NCBI GenBank assembly: GCA_963677925.2
Contig: CAXXYH010000003.1
Coordinates: 128,001 to 192,000, forward strand
Source of the DNA: Spirochaetia bacterium
GTDB taxonomy: Bacteria > Spirochaetota > Spirochaetia > UBA9216
Direction of reading: 5' to 3'
DNA length: 64,000 nt
Below are positions 48,954 to 60,985 of this stretch, one piece after another (the stretch's first letter is position 1; each line of letters opens with the position of its first letter). The position numbers and the translations under genes are program-made. The notes under the pieces are model-generated. The model was not told where the DNA came from. It searched no databases and worked only from the letters and a program-made list of their open reading frames with translations.

Positions 48954-50411
48954 CTAGCGTATAAGTTCTATCTCAACTTGTTTACTGTTTCTCAGAACTT
49001 TTATTAAATAGCTGCTGTTCTTTTTATCGTTAAGAGCAGTGAAAAAATCCATCATATTATTAATTTTCATACCGCTGATTTCTGTTATTATATCATAATC
49101 CTTAAGTCCCGATTCAGCAGCACGGGTTTTGGGTTCGACGGCAATGATTACTCCATGCAATGAATCAGCCAGACCTGCTTCTTTTTTCAGTCCCTCATCA
49201 AGAGTTCTGCCTGAAAGACCCGGCCAGATTTTACCATACAAAGACGTCAGTTCTGCACGATCAGCCCTATTACCGATAGTAACCGGGATATTCATTATTT
49301 TACCCTCTCTGATTAACTTAACTTCAATCCTTGCACCCGCTCTGACATCACCTACCAACCTTGTAAACTGCATATAATCAGAAATTTCAGTATTATTAAG
49401 CTTTATAATAAAATCTCCCGGAAGCAAACCGGCCTTGTCGGCAGGACTGTCTTCATAAAGATTATATATAAGGGCCCCTTTTTGAGCTTCAATCCCGAGA
49501 TCTATTGCTGTCTGTTCATCAGGGTTTGTTATACTTACACCAAGCCATCCATATTTGACTTCACCGGATTCTATAAAATCGTCTACGGCATTTTTAACAT
49601 TATCAACAGGAATGGCGAATCCAAGACCGATGCTCACACCGTTCGGAGTAGCAATCCAGGTATTTATTCCGACAACCTCACCGTCAAGATTTACAAGAGC
49701 CCCTCCGGAGTTGCCCTGATTGATCGACGCATCTGTCTGGATAAAATCACTGATGTTATCGGAAGGCCCGTTTCTACCAATCGCACTTACAATACCGGCT
49801 GTAACTGTTGATTCATATCCAAGAGGATTTCCGACTGCAAGAACCCAGTCTCCAACTCTAAGTTCATCTGAAGAACCCAGGACAGCCACATCAAGGTCGG
49901 CCTCATTCACAAACGAAACCATGGCCAGATCTTTTCTTTCATCGCGACCTACAATTTCTGCCGTATAGCTTTCACCCTTGTATAGTTTAACTGAAATACT
50001 GTCCGCCTGTCCAATTACATGATTATTGGTTAAAACGTAATATGTATTTTCATCACGGCCGACAATAACCCCGGATCCCAGACCTTCGGATTCAAATTCT
50101 TCAATCCTTGGGGCTTCATCCCCGGTTTCATCATCGGGTTCTATAAAATTAAAAGGCCAGGTATAACCTTCAGGCATTTCCTGCTGGATAACTTCAGTTG
50201 TAGTTATTTCAACTACGACAGGAAGCACTTTTTCTGATACAGCCCTGAAAGTATACTGCATATCGATTAAATCTGTTTTAGAAGCCTTAACTTCACCAGG
50301 TTTAAAAATTCTGCTGCCTGAAAAATAATTACCGGTAACTGTACCTGCAAATACAGCAATAAAAAAGATTATCAGGGTTAAAGTTTTGCTCTTAAATTTA
50401 TTTGCGGACAT
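48954..50411 (-). CDS. htrA: HtrA/DegP (Do-family) periplasmic serine protease with two PDZ domains
   Basis: LTNNHV, DLA, IQTDASINQGNSGGAL, GWLGV PDZ. Confidence 0.93.
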   Translation of the reverse strand: MSANKFKSKTLTLIIFFIAVFAGTVTGNYFSGSRIFKPGEVKASKTDLIDMQYTFRAVSEKVLPVVVEITTTEVIQQEMPEGYTWPFNFIEPDDETGDEAPRIEEFESEGLGSGVIVGRDENTYYVLTNNHVIGQADSISVKLYKGESYTAEIVGRDERKDLAMVSFVNEADLDVAVLGSSDELRVGDWVLAVGNPLGYESTVTAGIVSAIGRNGPSDNISDFIQTDASINQGNSGGALVNLDGEVVGINTWIATPNGVSIGLGFAIPVDNVKNAVDDFIESGEVKYGWLGVSITNPDEQTAIDLGIEAQKGALIYNLYEDSPADKAGLLPGDFIIKLNNTEISDYMQFTRLVGDVRAGARIEVKLIREGKIMNIPVTIGNRADRAELTSLYGKIWPGLSGRTLDEGLKKEAGLADSLHGVIIAVEPKTRAAESGLKDYDIITEISGMKINNMMDFFTALNDKKNSSYLIKVLRNSKQVEIELIR

Positions 50412-50423
50412 TTAAACTCCGTT

Positions 50424-51173
50424 TTAATCTGCAATAGTAAGGATTTCTGTATGATCTTCAAATACGGCTACAGTATGTTCAAAATGAGCTGATATACTGT
50501 GATCTGATGTAATTACAGTCCACTCATCTTCAAGAATTTCTATCTCATCTCCGCCGAGGTTAATCATCGGTTCGATGGCAAGTACCATTCCTTTTTTTAT
50601 TCTCGGATTGGGACCCGGATGAACATAATTGGGAATCTGCGGGGATTCATGCAGACCAAGACCGACACCATGTCCGCAAAATTCACGCACTACACCGTAT
50701 CCCTGATTTTTTGCAACGTTGAAAACGGCCCCGGATATATCCTTAATTCGCCCACCGGCCTTACAGGCATCAATTCCCTTATAAAGCGCATTACGTGTGG
50801 TCTCCATTAGCTTTTCAGCATCAGAGCTGACAGTTCCCACCGGAAGTGTCATTGCTGCATCAGATATGTATCCTTTAAGATCGATTCCAAGATCGAGACT
50901 TACTACATCACCTTTTTTAAGTCTTCGTTTACCGGGAATCCCATGAATCACTTCCTCATTAACACTTATGCAGATTGAAGCTGGAAAGCCCTGATAATTC
51001 AAAAATGCGGGGATAGCCCCCCTTTTGGTAATTTCACTATAACAGAGACTGTCAATTTCCTTGGTTGTAACACCCTCAACTACAGCTTCCTGTATAATTT
51101 TATATACCTCTGCAAGCATTTTACAGGATTCTCTAATTCTGTTTATCTGTTCATCATTCTTTAATCTAATCAT
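50424..51173 (-). CDS. map: Type I methionine aminopeptidase
   Basis: CISVNEEVIHGIP, D.G..GY..D, GHGVG..LHE.P, EPM, HFEHT. Confidence 0.96.
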   Translation of the reverse strand: MIRLKNDEQINRIRESCKMLAEVYKIIQEAVVEGVTTKEIDSLCYSEITKRGAIPAFLNYQGFPASICISVNEEVIHGIPGKRRLKKGDVVSLDLGIDLKGYISDAAMTLPVGTVSSDAEKLMETTRNALYKGIDACKAGGRIKDISGAVFNVAKNQGYGVVREFCGHGVGLGLHESPQIPNYVHPGPNPRIKKGMVLAIEPMINLGGDEIEILEDEWTVITSDHSISAHFEHTVAVFEDHTEILTIAD

Positions 51174-52806
51174 AATATTCCGTTTCTATTTTATTTTTTA
51201 ACAGATCCGCTTTCAGATAGCTTTTATCAAGTTTTTCAATATAGCCAAGCTGCTTTAAAGCATTCTCTGTCTGTTTAAGATTATAATATGTTTCAGCTGT
51301 TTTGAAGTAGATTTTAATAAGATTATCTTTATCAATATTTTTCAGAGTAGATGCATATTTTAAATTTTCAATTGCAGCGGTATTATCACCGTTTAAGGCC
51401 TGGATAACCGCCTTATTATACATACTCAAAGCATCCCGGCTGCTGATATTATTAATGACTGAATAAGCATCACTAAAATCACCGTTGAGTATACTCAGTA
51501 CTGCTTTATAATTCAGGTATACATTCTCTGAAGCCGGGCGGTAATTTTTTGAAAATGAATCAACAAGCTCAGACGCTTCTGCTAAATTTCTGATTTTCAA
51601 TAGAAAATTATAAAAATAAATAAAGACTTTCTCATTACCCTTATCAATATTAAAAATATTCCATAAATTACCGGTGATAAATTCGGCAGACCTTCCTTTT
51701 GAACTGTTTATAAGATACATCAGCTGTATTTCAGGATCATTTGAATATAAGTCCATCAGCTTAGCTGTAATTTCAGATACCTCAGTTACATTTTTGCTAT
51801 ATTCAGGAGATTTAAGAGCTTCTACGAGCAGATCTTTATTGTCCGGAAAGTATTTCAATCCCTGTTTCAAATACTCAAAACCGGTTCCCGCTTTATTCAT
51901 TTTAAAGAGATTATAATACGGTACTGCTGAATAATCCGGCGAACTCTCGATAATATGACGATATAGTGCTGATGCTTTATCATTCATCCCTGACTGCATG
52001 TAAATATCAGCTCTGAACATCTGCATTTTGTCTGAAGAGTAAAAGGGGTCATCACTTTTCAACTCGTTAATCAAAGATGCTGCCTTATTATAATTTCCCA
52101 TATCGTATGCAAGAAATGTTCTTACTTCTGTAAAATATTCAGCGTCAATATCTTTAAGATAAGAGTCTGCAGATTGAAAATCGCCTGATTGAGCCTTGAG
52201 CAAAGCAAGATCCAGCAATATTTTTCTGTCATATTTCAGAATACCGGACTCAGATAAATCATTTTCAGATATATCTGTTAATTCTGAATATAGAAGCAGC
52301 TGCTGCCATTGGTTAAGTTTCTTTTTAAGTTTTTTATCATTCAGCTTTTCTGGATAGTCCAAATTAGCAATCAAATACAATTCAAAAAATCCGGAATATT
52401 TAAGATCCTGAAGATACTGTTCGGGGATGCTTTTTTCATAATTTAATTTTGTATCTATAAAAGCAAGAATTGCCTTTATATCTATGCTATTAGGGAATTT
52501 GTTATTTAAGTTAACAGCCAGCTTCTTATAAAAATTCAAATCAGAAGTATTTCGGTAAATAATATCTGCTCTTTTTAATGCACTTAAACCTTGTTTTGAC
52601 GTTTTTACCTGAACAGCATAATCTAGAAGGAGACGCTGTGCTTCGGAATAAAAACCTGAAGAAAGATCAAGGTCAATCTCATTAATCAGAGCATTTACAT
52701 CATTCTCTGTATTTGATTTTAATTCAATTACTACGATAACTGCCAGTACAGATGCAGTTAAAACAAGAGCCGCAAGAATTACATATAATAACTTTTCAGT
52801 CTTCAT
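51166..52806 (-). CDS. Membrane-anchored TPR-like protein
   Basis: N-terminal TM helix, helical repeats (YNKA...A..GD...A). Confidence 0.7.
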   Translation of the reverse strand: MKTEKLLYVILAALVLTASVLAVIVVIELKSNTENDVNALINEIDLDLSSGFYSEAQRLLLDYAVQVKTSKQGLSALKRADIIYRNTSDLNFYKKLAVNLNNKFPNSIDIKAILAFIDTKLNYEKSIPEQYLQDLKYSGFFELYLIANLDYPEKLNDKKLKKKLNQWQQLLLYSELTDISENDLSESGILKYDRKILLDLALLKAQSGDFQSADSYLKDIDAEYFTEVRTFLAYDMGNYNKAASLINELKSDDPFYSSDKMQMFRADIYMQSGMNDKASALYRHIIESSPDYSAVPYYNLFKMNKAGTGFEYLKQGLKYFPDNKDLLVEALKSPEYSKNVTEVSEITAKLMDLYSNDPEIQLMYLINSSKGRSAEFITGNLWNIFNIDKGNEKVFIYFYNFLLKIRNLAEASELVDSFSKNYRPASENVYLNYKAVLSILNGDFSDAYSVINNISSRDALSMYNKAVIQALNGDNTAAIENLKYASTLKNIDKDNLIKIYFKTAETYYNLKQTENALKQLGYIEKLDKSYLKADLLKNKIETEYYD

Positions 52807-53212
52807 TCTCTTTATTGATACTGTCCAGAACTCCGTTTACAAACTTATAAGATTCATCACTGCCGTACTGTTTGGCAATGTCAACTGCTTCATCAATAGT
52901 TACCGATGAAGGAATTTCCTTTCGGTAAAGCAGGCTGTAAACACTGATTCTGAGTATGGCCAGATCAACTTTCGATAGACGGTTAAAATCCCAGTTAACA
53001 AGATGCTCTTTAATTTTTTTATCGACACTTTCGATATTTTCAATTGTTCCGGAAATTAATAGACGGGCGAAATCAATTGCTGCCTGATTTCTTTCATTCT
53101 TTTCCATATCAAGCCATTCAAACTCTATCAGGCCGGAAGGATCTGTCTCAGACAACTGCCAGCTGAATATTGATTGAAAAGCTATTACCCGTCCTTTTCT
53201 GCGGGTTCCCAT
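52796..53212 (-). CDS. nusB: Transcription antitermination factor NusB
   Basis: RRKGR..AFQ, NW...RL..VD.AILR, IDEAV..AK.YG...S.KFVNGVLD. Confidence 0.96.
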   Translation of the reverse strand: MGTRRKGRVIAFQSIFSWQLSETDPSGLIEFEWLDMEKNERNQAAIDFARLLISGTIENIESVDKKIKEHLVNWDFNRLSKVDLAILRISVYSLLYRKEIPSSVTIDEAVDIAKQYGSDESYKFVNGVLDSINKENED

Positions 53213-54288
53213 CAGTTTATATTTTCCTCATATATTGTAATCTCAGCTTTCTTTTTGAGCTCTTCAACAAGGCTCTCAAGGGCTTTGTTCAGGGCTGCAT
53301 TCTGCATAGATGCAATATATTTTTCAGCTATGTAATCCCTTACCGTCTTTTTGGTTGAAGGGTGCATAGGATCATCTAGACCTAGAAGTCTTTCTTTATA
53401 ATACTCGGTCACTTTAATAATATGAAATCCTATATTGGATTTAATAACACCTTTAACTTCACCCAGAGGCGTACTGAACAAGGCATCCATAAAGCCGCTG
53501 CCCAGATATGCTCTGGCATTAGGATCATTCAAAGTAATATATCCGGTATCTCCATTCTTATATTTAGAAGTCTGATCTTCGGTATAGTCATTAACTATTT
53601 TTTCAAATGTTGCAGTGCCGTTTACATATTTCCGGTATGCATCATTAGCTTTTTTTTCTGCAGCTTCGAGCTCACTGCCTGATAGATTTAAAGTGCTAAT
53701 ATAAACCTGGCTGTATCTTATGGTTTTACTTTGAACAAAAGAACTGATTTCAGAGTTATATAATTTTTCAATATCATCTGAACTTGGAAGAGTCATTGAA
53801 GCATTGATTTCTTCCTGTTTTTCACGGGCTATGTATTTCTGCAGAACAATCTGCTCAGCTATCTGACTTTTGTATTTATCCCAGGAATAACCTGTCTGAG
53901 ATTCAATCATGCTTTTAAACTGCTGATCGGAAATCTTAGCGTTATTCTGCTGTTCCAGCTGAGTTTTCTGAGTCTGAATAGTTTCATTAACCTCATTGTC
54001 TTCGGCTTTTAATCCGCTGTCTGCAGCCGCCTGGGAAATCAGCATCTCGGAAATCATTTTATCAAGGACTTCAAGCTTATCAGATTTCTTTACAGCAACA
54101 GCAGGAAGTCCGGAACGAACCCTGAGCTGATTGAGCATATTAACCTGCGCTTCAAGCTGCTTTACTGAGATCATTTCCGGCTTTGAAAGATTTACAGATG
54201 CAGCCGGTTTATCAATAACCAGCTGTCCGAAAACAATTCCACCTGTAAGTAAAAGGGATAAAAGTATAAATATTTTTCTATGATTCAC
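53212..54288 (-). CDS. SurA-like periplasmic parvulin PPIase/chaperone
   Basis: Signal peptide, SurA N-domain-like helices, F......ED......GD.G and S..GFHIIKV parvulin motifs. Confidence 0.85.
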   Translation of the reverse strand: MNHRKIFILLSLLLTGGIVFGQLVIDKPAASVNLSKPEMISVKQLEAQVNMLNQLRVRSGLPAVAVKKSDKLEVLDKMISEMLISQAAADSGLKAEDNEVNETIQTQKTQLEQQNNAKISDQQFKSMIESQTGYSWDKYKSQIAEQIVLQKYIAREKQEEINASMTLPSSDDIEKLYNSEISSFVQSKTIRYSQVYISTLNLSGSELEAAEKKANDAYRKYVNGTATFEKIVNDYTEDQTSKYKNGDTGYITLNDPNARAYLGSGFMDALFSTPLGEVKGVIKSNIGFHIIKVTEYYKERLLGLDDPMHPSTKKTVRDYIAEKYIASMQNAALNKALESLVEELKKKAEITIYEENIN

Positions 54289-54306
54289 GGTTACTTCCGT
54301 TAAAAA

Positions 54307-54627
54307 TTATTCGGTAGGTACGTCCCACCAGTCGCCTGCATCTTCAGTATTCTGCATATTCTCTCTCGCAGCCTTTAAAACATCACTGTCATCAACGGAT
54401 CTGTTAAACCATGCAAGCGAGAAAGCACAAATAATAAAAATTGCTCCAAGTACTGATGTAAACTTTGTTAAAATATTTCCGGATCTGCTTCCAAAGGCTG
54501 AAGAACTTCCGCCTCCGAATATTCCGCCAAGACCTTCACCCTGCTCATCCTGCAGAAGGACTATGATAATTAAAAGAACTGCGCTTATGCTGAATAAAAC
54601 CAGCAGTATGACTCCAATCGCACCCAT
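54307..54627 (-). CDS. secG: Preprotein translocase subunit SecG
   Basis: VLLQ...G.GLGG.FGGG....FG....N.L.K.T. Confidence 0.93.
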   Translation of the reverse strand: MGAIGVILLVLFSISAVLLIIIVLLQDEQGEGLGGIFGGGSSSAFGSRSGNILTKFTSVLGAIFIICAFSLAWFNRSVDDSDVLKAARENMQNTEDAGDWWDVPTE

Positions 54628-54653
54628 TAAGATATCTCCGATAATAAAAATAT

Positions 54654-54676
54654 AGCCTCTCCTTTTGAGAGAGGCT
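54654..54676 (-). terminator. Hairpin/terminator after tpiA
   Basis: AGCCTCTC-N7-GAGAGGCT followed by a T-rich tract on the minus strand. Confidence 0.55.
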
Positions 54677-54687
54677 TTATTATATAC

Positions 54688-55440
54688 TTATTTGTCGTAT
54701 AAGGCTATAGGTAAAAACAAATCTGCTTTTAAAGATGCTCCGCCGACGAGCGCACCGTCGATATCGGGCATGCCCATCAGCTGTGCAGCATTATCGGGTT
54801 TTACTGAACCGCCGTACTGAATGATCATATCTTCAGCGGCTTTTTCAGAATAAAGAGCTTTAACTGTATCCCTTGTAACTTTATGAATCTGTTCTGCATC
54901 ATCGGGAGTGGCAGTCTTGCCGGTACCGATAGCCCATACAGGTTCATACGCAATAGTGACTTTTTCAAGCTCTTTTTCAGAAACATCTTTAAGACCTTTT
55001 TCTGTCTGAGATTTAACAACCTCTTCAGCTTTACCGGCTTCTCTTTCATCAAGCGTTTCACCGACACAGAGAATTACCTCAAGGCCTTCAGCAATAGCAA
55101 GTTTTACTTTCTTATTAATAAATTCGTCGGTTTCACCGTAAATATGCCGTCTTTCGGAATGTCCGAGTATTACTGCATCAACTCCAAGTTCCTTAAGCAT
55201 TTTTACAGAAGTTTCTCCTGTAAAAGCGCCTTCAACTTCATCAGACATATTCTGTGCACCAAGCATAATATTACTGCCCTTAACAACATCAGCTACAGCA
55301 GGTATGCAGACAAAACTTGGAGCAACCAGTATCTTATGGCCGCAGTTTCCCAGTCCTGCTTTTAATTCCTCTGCAAGCTTAGCTGCCTCGGACGGTGTTT
55401 TATTCATTTTCCAGTTTCCTGCAATGAATGATTTTCTCAT
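54688..55440 (-). CDS. tpiA: Triosephosphate isomerase
   Basis: AGNWKMN, GHSERR, AYEPVWAIGTG, YGGSV, LVGGASL. Confidence 0.98.
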   Translation of the reverse strand: MRKSFIAGNWKMNKTPSEAAKLAEELKAGLGNCGHKILVAPSFVCIPAVADVVKGSNIMLGAQNMSDEVEGAFTGETSVKMLKELGVDAVILGHSERRHIYGETDEFINKKVKLAIAEGLEVILCVGETLDEREAGKAEEVVKSQTEKGLKDVSEKELEKVTIAYEPVWAIGTGKTATPDDAEQIHKVTRDTVKALYSEKAAEDMIIQYGGSVKPDNAAQLMGMPDIDGALVGGASLKADLFLPIALYDK

Positions 55441-55461
55441 AACTTTACTCCCCTTTACTAA

Positions 55462-56643
55462 TTAACTGCGAAGAGCATCTATTCCGGGAAGAACCTTGCC
55501 TTCAAGGAATTCGAGTGAGGCTCCGCCGCCGGTAGATACGTGATCAATTTTATCTGCAAATCCGAATTTGTTTACAGCAGCAACTGAATCTCCGCCACCG
55601 ACAACTGTGGTCCCCTTACAGTCAGCAACATACTGTGCAACTTCAAGAGTTCCCTTTGAGAAGGCATCGAATTCAAACACACCCATTGGACCGTTCCATA
55701 CAATTGACTGAGCATTAACAATACGATCCTTAACCTTGGCAAGCGTTTTAGCTCCGATGTCCATGCCAAGCATATCAGCAGGGATATCCAGGCCGTCAAT
55801 ATATACAGCCTCTGCTGTTTCACTGAATTCTTTCGCAGCAACATGATCTTCAGGAAGAATAATTTCAACTTTCTTCTCAGCCGCTTTTGTAAGAAGATTT
55901 TTCGCAGTATCAAGGTAATCTTCTTCGAAAAGAGATTTTCCAATACTGTGTCCCTGTGCATAAAGAAATGTATAAGCCATTCCCCCGCCTATAATGAGAC
56001 TGTCAGCTTTTTCCAGAAGAGATTCAAGTACTCCGATTTTTGAGGAAACCTTAGCTCCGCCGATTATTGCTACAAAGGGTTTTTTCGGATTTTCAAGGAT
56101 ATTATCAAAGAATTTACATTCTTTCTCAATCAGAAAACCTGCAACAGCCGGAAGATACTTACTGACTCCTTCAGTAGATGCATGTGCTCTGTGCGCTGCA
56201 CCGAAGGCATCATTAACATAAACCTCGCCTAGTTTTGCAATTTTTTCTGCAAAGCCCGGATCATTTTTTGTTTCTTCCTTGTAGTAACGGGTATTTTCAA
56301 GAACAAGAATCTCTCCGCCCTTGAGATCAGAAGCCATTTTTTCGACTTCAGGACCTATGACATCAGGAGCCATAATAACTGATTTACCAAGAAGTTCAGC
56401 AAGCCTGTCAGCGGCCGGTTTAAGACTGAACTCAGGATTCTTTTCACCGCCCGGCCTTCCGCAGTGACTCATCACGATAAGGCTGGCACCGGGCTGTTCA
56501 AGAATGTATTTAATAGTCGGCAATGCCGCTACAATCCTGGTATCATCTGTGATAACACCATTTTTCAGGGGGACGTTAAAGTCCACCCTGATTAATACTC
56601 TTTTATTTTTAAGGTCAATATCTTTTACAGTTTTGAGACCCAT
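55462..56643 (-). CDS. pgk: Phosphoglycerate kinase
   Basis: [41 protein letters not shown]. Confidence 0.98.
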   Translation of the reverse strand: MGLKTVKDIDLKNKRVLIRVDFNVPLKNGVITDDTRIVAALPTIKYILEQPGASLIVMSHCGRPGGEKNPEFSLKPAADRLAELLGKSVIMAPDVIGPEVEKMASDLKGGEILVLENTRYYKEETKNDPGFAEKIAKLGEVYVNDAFGAAHRAHASTEGVSKYLPAVAGFLIEKECKFFDNILENPKKPFVAIIGGAKVSSKIGVLESLLEKADSLIIGGGMAYTFLYAQGHSIGKSLFEEDYLDTAKNLLTKAAEKKVEIILPEDHVAAKEFSETAEAVYIDGLDIPADMLGMDIGAKTLAKVKDRIVNAQSIVWNGPMGVFEFDAFSKGTLEVAQYVADCKGTTVVGGGDSVAAVNKFGFADKIDHVSTGGGASLEFLEGKVLPGIDALRS

Positions 56644-56661
56644 ACAAACAGCTCCTCTTGA

Positions 56662-57744
<1,083 letters not shown>

Positions 57745-59736
57745 TTACCTGATATTGTTGATTGAACTGAAAAGATCATCAGGAATGAACAATTGTGCAT
57801 CTGATGTTACGGGAAGCTGCTGCTCACTGGTATTTTCATCTTCCGAGGCGGGAATTACCGGAATAACATAATCTCCGGGGTTAATCATGTCAAAAAACTG
57901 GGACACTGACACCTCACCTTCCGATACAAGTTCATCAGAAGAGCTGATTTTTATGCTTCCAAGAAGGTCTTCTGAAGCGAAAGAGAGGGAAAAATCACTT
58001 TTGTTCCTCTGTATCATTCCCTTTTTTATGATCATCAGCTCGGCACCGGAACTTATGCCGTCTCGATGACCAAGATTGATAACTACCTGATCAAATTTTC
58101 TGTTTATAATGCTTCCGTAAACTGGAAGTCTTGAGTGTATTTCCTCTACAATAGCTGATGATGCTTCATGCAGCATCTGATTTCCTGTTCTCACAGCTTC
58201 AAGTCTTTCAAGCTCTCCGCCGGTATCTGCAAGATATACCCGGCTTTGAAGAGAAACTACCCTTTCTGTTTCATAGATATCGAAAATAATAAAATAATCA
58301 GCATTATTTTCTCGTGAAAGTCTGAAACATTCTGCATAATCACCATTGAATCCTGTTACAGTGATTTCAATATTTTCATAACCGGTAAGAAGATAATTAA
58401 TGTATTCAGAAAGGATCTGTTCTCCCTGAATATGATTCATTGAATCTTCAGCGTAGAATACCGCTATTTTATTCTTCATCTTTGGTTCCGTGAACTGATT
58501 AATATTCCATTTTTCAGATAGCGTTTCATCCATTAGACTTTTCTGTATTTCTATCTCATCTTTTAAATCTATGTCATCAGTACGGATGGCTGATAATTCG
58601 GTTAATATTGATATATATCTCTCATCATAGCCAATACGTTTATAAATCCCTGCAGACAGGAGTCTGGCCTCATAAGAATCAGGATAAATAAGCAAGGCTC
58701 TCCGGTATTCGTACTCAGCTTTATCGATCATGTTTCTTTCTTCATATTTTCTGCCGAGTTCAACATGATAGTTTGAATACTTTACACGCACATTATCATC
58801 AATCTGGGTGTTTCTGATTATTTCATTTTCAAGTGCAATTCTGGATAAATCTTCATCAGGTTTAATATTAAATGCTCTTGAATAGCATAATATTGATTTA
58901 GAAGTATCGCCTGAGTTCTCATAGGCTCTACCGAGCATATACCATAACAATACTTCGTTATCATTTTCGGATATAATATTATTAATAACGCTGATAACTT
59001 CATTATATTTCTGCTGATCCATATATAGACGGCTCAGGAGCAGAGAAGCTTCAGTAAAATCCTTTTTTAGGAATAGAGCTGTTTTTAAGTGGAAAAGAGC
59101 TTCATCGAGGTTGCCTTCGTTGTAGTAATGTTCAGCTGCCGTATACCGGACATAGGGATTCCCGGAATAATACTGAAGAGCCTGTGTGAGGTAGTATTCA
59201 GCTTTTTCAGTATCACCGTTTCTGTCGCTTATCAGAACCATTGATAGAAGTGCTTTCCTGCTTTCCGGAGATACTGCAATCGCTTCTTCAAAACGCTCAG
59301 CAGCTCTTGTTATACGGCCTGAGGCTATATCTATCTCAGCAAGACCAAAACCTGCATCTATATTGTTTTCCTCGATTTCCAGAATTTTATTAAACAGGAT
59401 TTCAGCATTATTAAAATCACCTGTAGAAAGAAAAAGACGGGCTTTTAGATTCATAACTTCAGTGTTGTTTTTATCAAGTCTTTCTGCTTTTTCGATATAT
59501 AACAAAGCCTCTTCATATTCATTCAGAAAATAATATGCTCTGGCCAGGCCTATTACCGGCTCTATATAGTTATTATTGCGCGATAGCGAGGTTTTATACA
59601 GTTCTATAGCTTTGTAATAGTTCCCTGCTGACTCCTGATAATTACCATCGCTGTAAAGCTCTACAGCGCCCCGTGACTGAGCGTGGATCTGCATGCTGGC
59701 AATAAAGAGCAGAATAACTATTAAAAACCTTTTCAC
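57745..59736 (-). CDS. Exported TPR protein
   Basis: Signal peptide, ~10 TPR repeats, C-terminal beta domain (INLGHRDG..G). Confidence 0.8.
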   Translation of the reverse strand: MKRFLIVILLFIASMQIHAQSRGAVELYSDGNYQESAGNYYKAIELYKTSLSRNNNYIEPVIGLARAYYFLNEYEEALLYIEKAERLDKNNTEVMNLKARLFLSTGDFNNAEILFNKILEIEENNIDAGFGLAEIDIASGRITRAAERFEEAIAVSPESRKALLSMVLISDRNGDTEKAEYYLTQALQYYSGNPYVRYTAAEHYYNEGNLDEALFHLKTALFLKKDFTEASLLLSRLYMDQQKYNEVISVINNIISENDNEVLLWYMLGRAYENSGDTSKSILCYSRAFNIKPDEDLSRIALENEIIRNTQIDDNVRVKYSNYHVELGRKYEERNMIDKAEYEYRRALLIYPDSYEARLLSAGIYKRIGYDERYISILTELSAIRTDDIDLKDEIEIQKSLMDETLSEKWNINQFTEPKMKNKIAVFYAEDSMNHIQGEQILSEYINYLLTGYENIEITVTGFNGDYAECFRLSRENNADYFIIFDIYETERVVSLQSRVYLADTGGELERLEAVRTGNQMLHEASSAIVEEIHSRLPVYGSIINRKFDQVVINLGHRDGISSGAELMIIKKGMIQRNKSDFSLSFASEDLLGSIKISSSDELVSEGEVSVSQFFDMINPGDYVIPVIPASEDENTSEQQLPVTSDAQLFIPDDLFSSINNIR

Positions 59737-59738
59737 TT

Positions 59739-60521
59739 TTATTCCTTTTTTATTATCTTTATAGTACTGATCTTATGTCCGTCAACTTCCTGAATAACAA
59801 AATCAAGATTATCAACTGAAACCTTTTCATACCTGACAGGAATTTTACCAAAAAGATCAAAAACAAATCCTCCAAGCGTATCAAACTCCTCATCAGACAA
59901 TTCAGTGCCTATATGTTCATTAAGGTCCTCAAGATTAATTCTTGCATCACAAAGATATACACCTTCTCCGATCTGCATTATTTCATCATCTTCATTGTCA
60001 AATTCATCCTGAATATCACCGACTATTTCTTCTATAATGTCTTCCATGCAGACTATCCCGGACACACCGCCGTATTCATCAACACTGACAGCAATATGAA
60101 CCTTGCGTCTTTTAAACTCTCTTAACAGCGAATCGAGTTTTTTACTTTCAGGTACAAAATATGGTTTACGCATTATCTGCTCGATTTTTATACCCTCAAA
60201 ACTGTTTTTATCGGCTATAAAATATTTAAGCAGATCTTTTGCATAAAGAATGCCTGCAATATGATCGATGGTGTCATCGTAAACCGGTACTCTCGAATGA
60301 CCGCATTCAAGAAGTGTTTGAACGGCTTCATTGATATTGATGTCTTTTGAAATAAAAACAACATCAATTCTTGGAACCATAACCTCTTTAACAGAGGTTT
60401 CAGCAAGTTCTACAACTCCCCTTATCATATCCTTTTCAGTTGAATTAAGATGTTGAAAACTTTCTTCATCCTCATCCTGGGTGCGGCTGGTGAGCTTTTC
60501 CCAAAAACCTTTCTTTTTCAA
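59739..60521 (-). CDS. CorC/HlyC-family CBS-pair protein
   Basis: VKEVMVPR, GHSRVPVY, DEYGG.SG.V.MEDI.EEIVG.I.DE, DTLGGF. Confidence 0.92.
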   Translation of the reverse strand: MKKKGFWEKLTSRTQDEDEESFQHLNSTEKDMIRGVVELAETSVKEVMVPRIDVVFISKDININEAVQTLLECGHSRVPVYDDTIDHIAGILYAKDLLKYFIADKNSFEGIKIEQIMRKPYFVPESKKLDSLLREFKRRKVHIAVSVDEYGGVSGIVCMEDIIEEIVGDIQDEFDNEDDEIMQIGEGVYLCDARINLEDLNEHIGTELSDEEFDTLGGFVFDLFGKIPVRYEKVSVDNLDFVIQEVDGHKISTIKIIKKE

Positions 60522-60985
60522 AATTTAAATTCTCCAAACTCCTGTAATATTTTTTCCTGATATAACAGCATTTCTTCGTCAGCATCATTGGTTTCATGAT
60601 CCATTCCGCTAAGATGAAGAATACCATGAATAAGCAGTCTTTTAAATTCCTCCTGCTGTTCAACATTAAAATACTCTGCGTTCTTTTTCAGACTGTCAAC
60701 AGACAGTACCAGATCTCCCCAGTAGACCGTTTCATCATCGTCAGGGTCAGTCACAAAATCCCAGGGCTCTTCATCTTCGGTACAGAAGCTTAATATATCA
60801 GTAGGTTCATCTTTGCTGCGGTATGTTTTATTAAGCTTTTTAATATATTCATCATCACAGATCAGCAGTGAAAATTCTTTATTATCAGCTCCTATTTGCC
60901 TGCAAACAGCCTGCATATAAGCAATTATTTTCTCCTGACTGTATTCTAAACTAATATCTTCAACTATTAAATCAATTTTATTCAT
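60518..60985 (-). CDS. ybeY: rRNA maturation endoribonuclease YbeY
   Basis: LN..YR.KD.PTDILSF and HGILHLSGMDH. Start placed at ATG 60985. Confidence 0.95.
   Translation of the reverse strand: MNKIDLIVEDISLEYSQEKIIAYMQAVCRQIGADNKEFSLLICDDEYIKKLNKTYRSKDEPTDILSFCTEDEEPWDFVTDPDDDETVYWGDLVLSVDSLKKNAEYFNVEQQEEFKRLLIHGILHLSGMDHETNDADEEMLLYQEKILQEFGEFKF

Noticed and set aside
54883-55365. 160-aa antisense ORF over tpiA and the many other 60-130 aa shadow ORFs
   Set aside because: They lie antisense or out of frame within well-supported genes and show no motifs or RBS.
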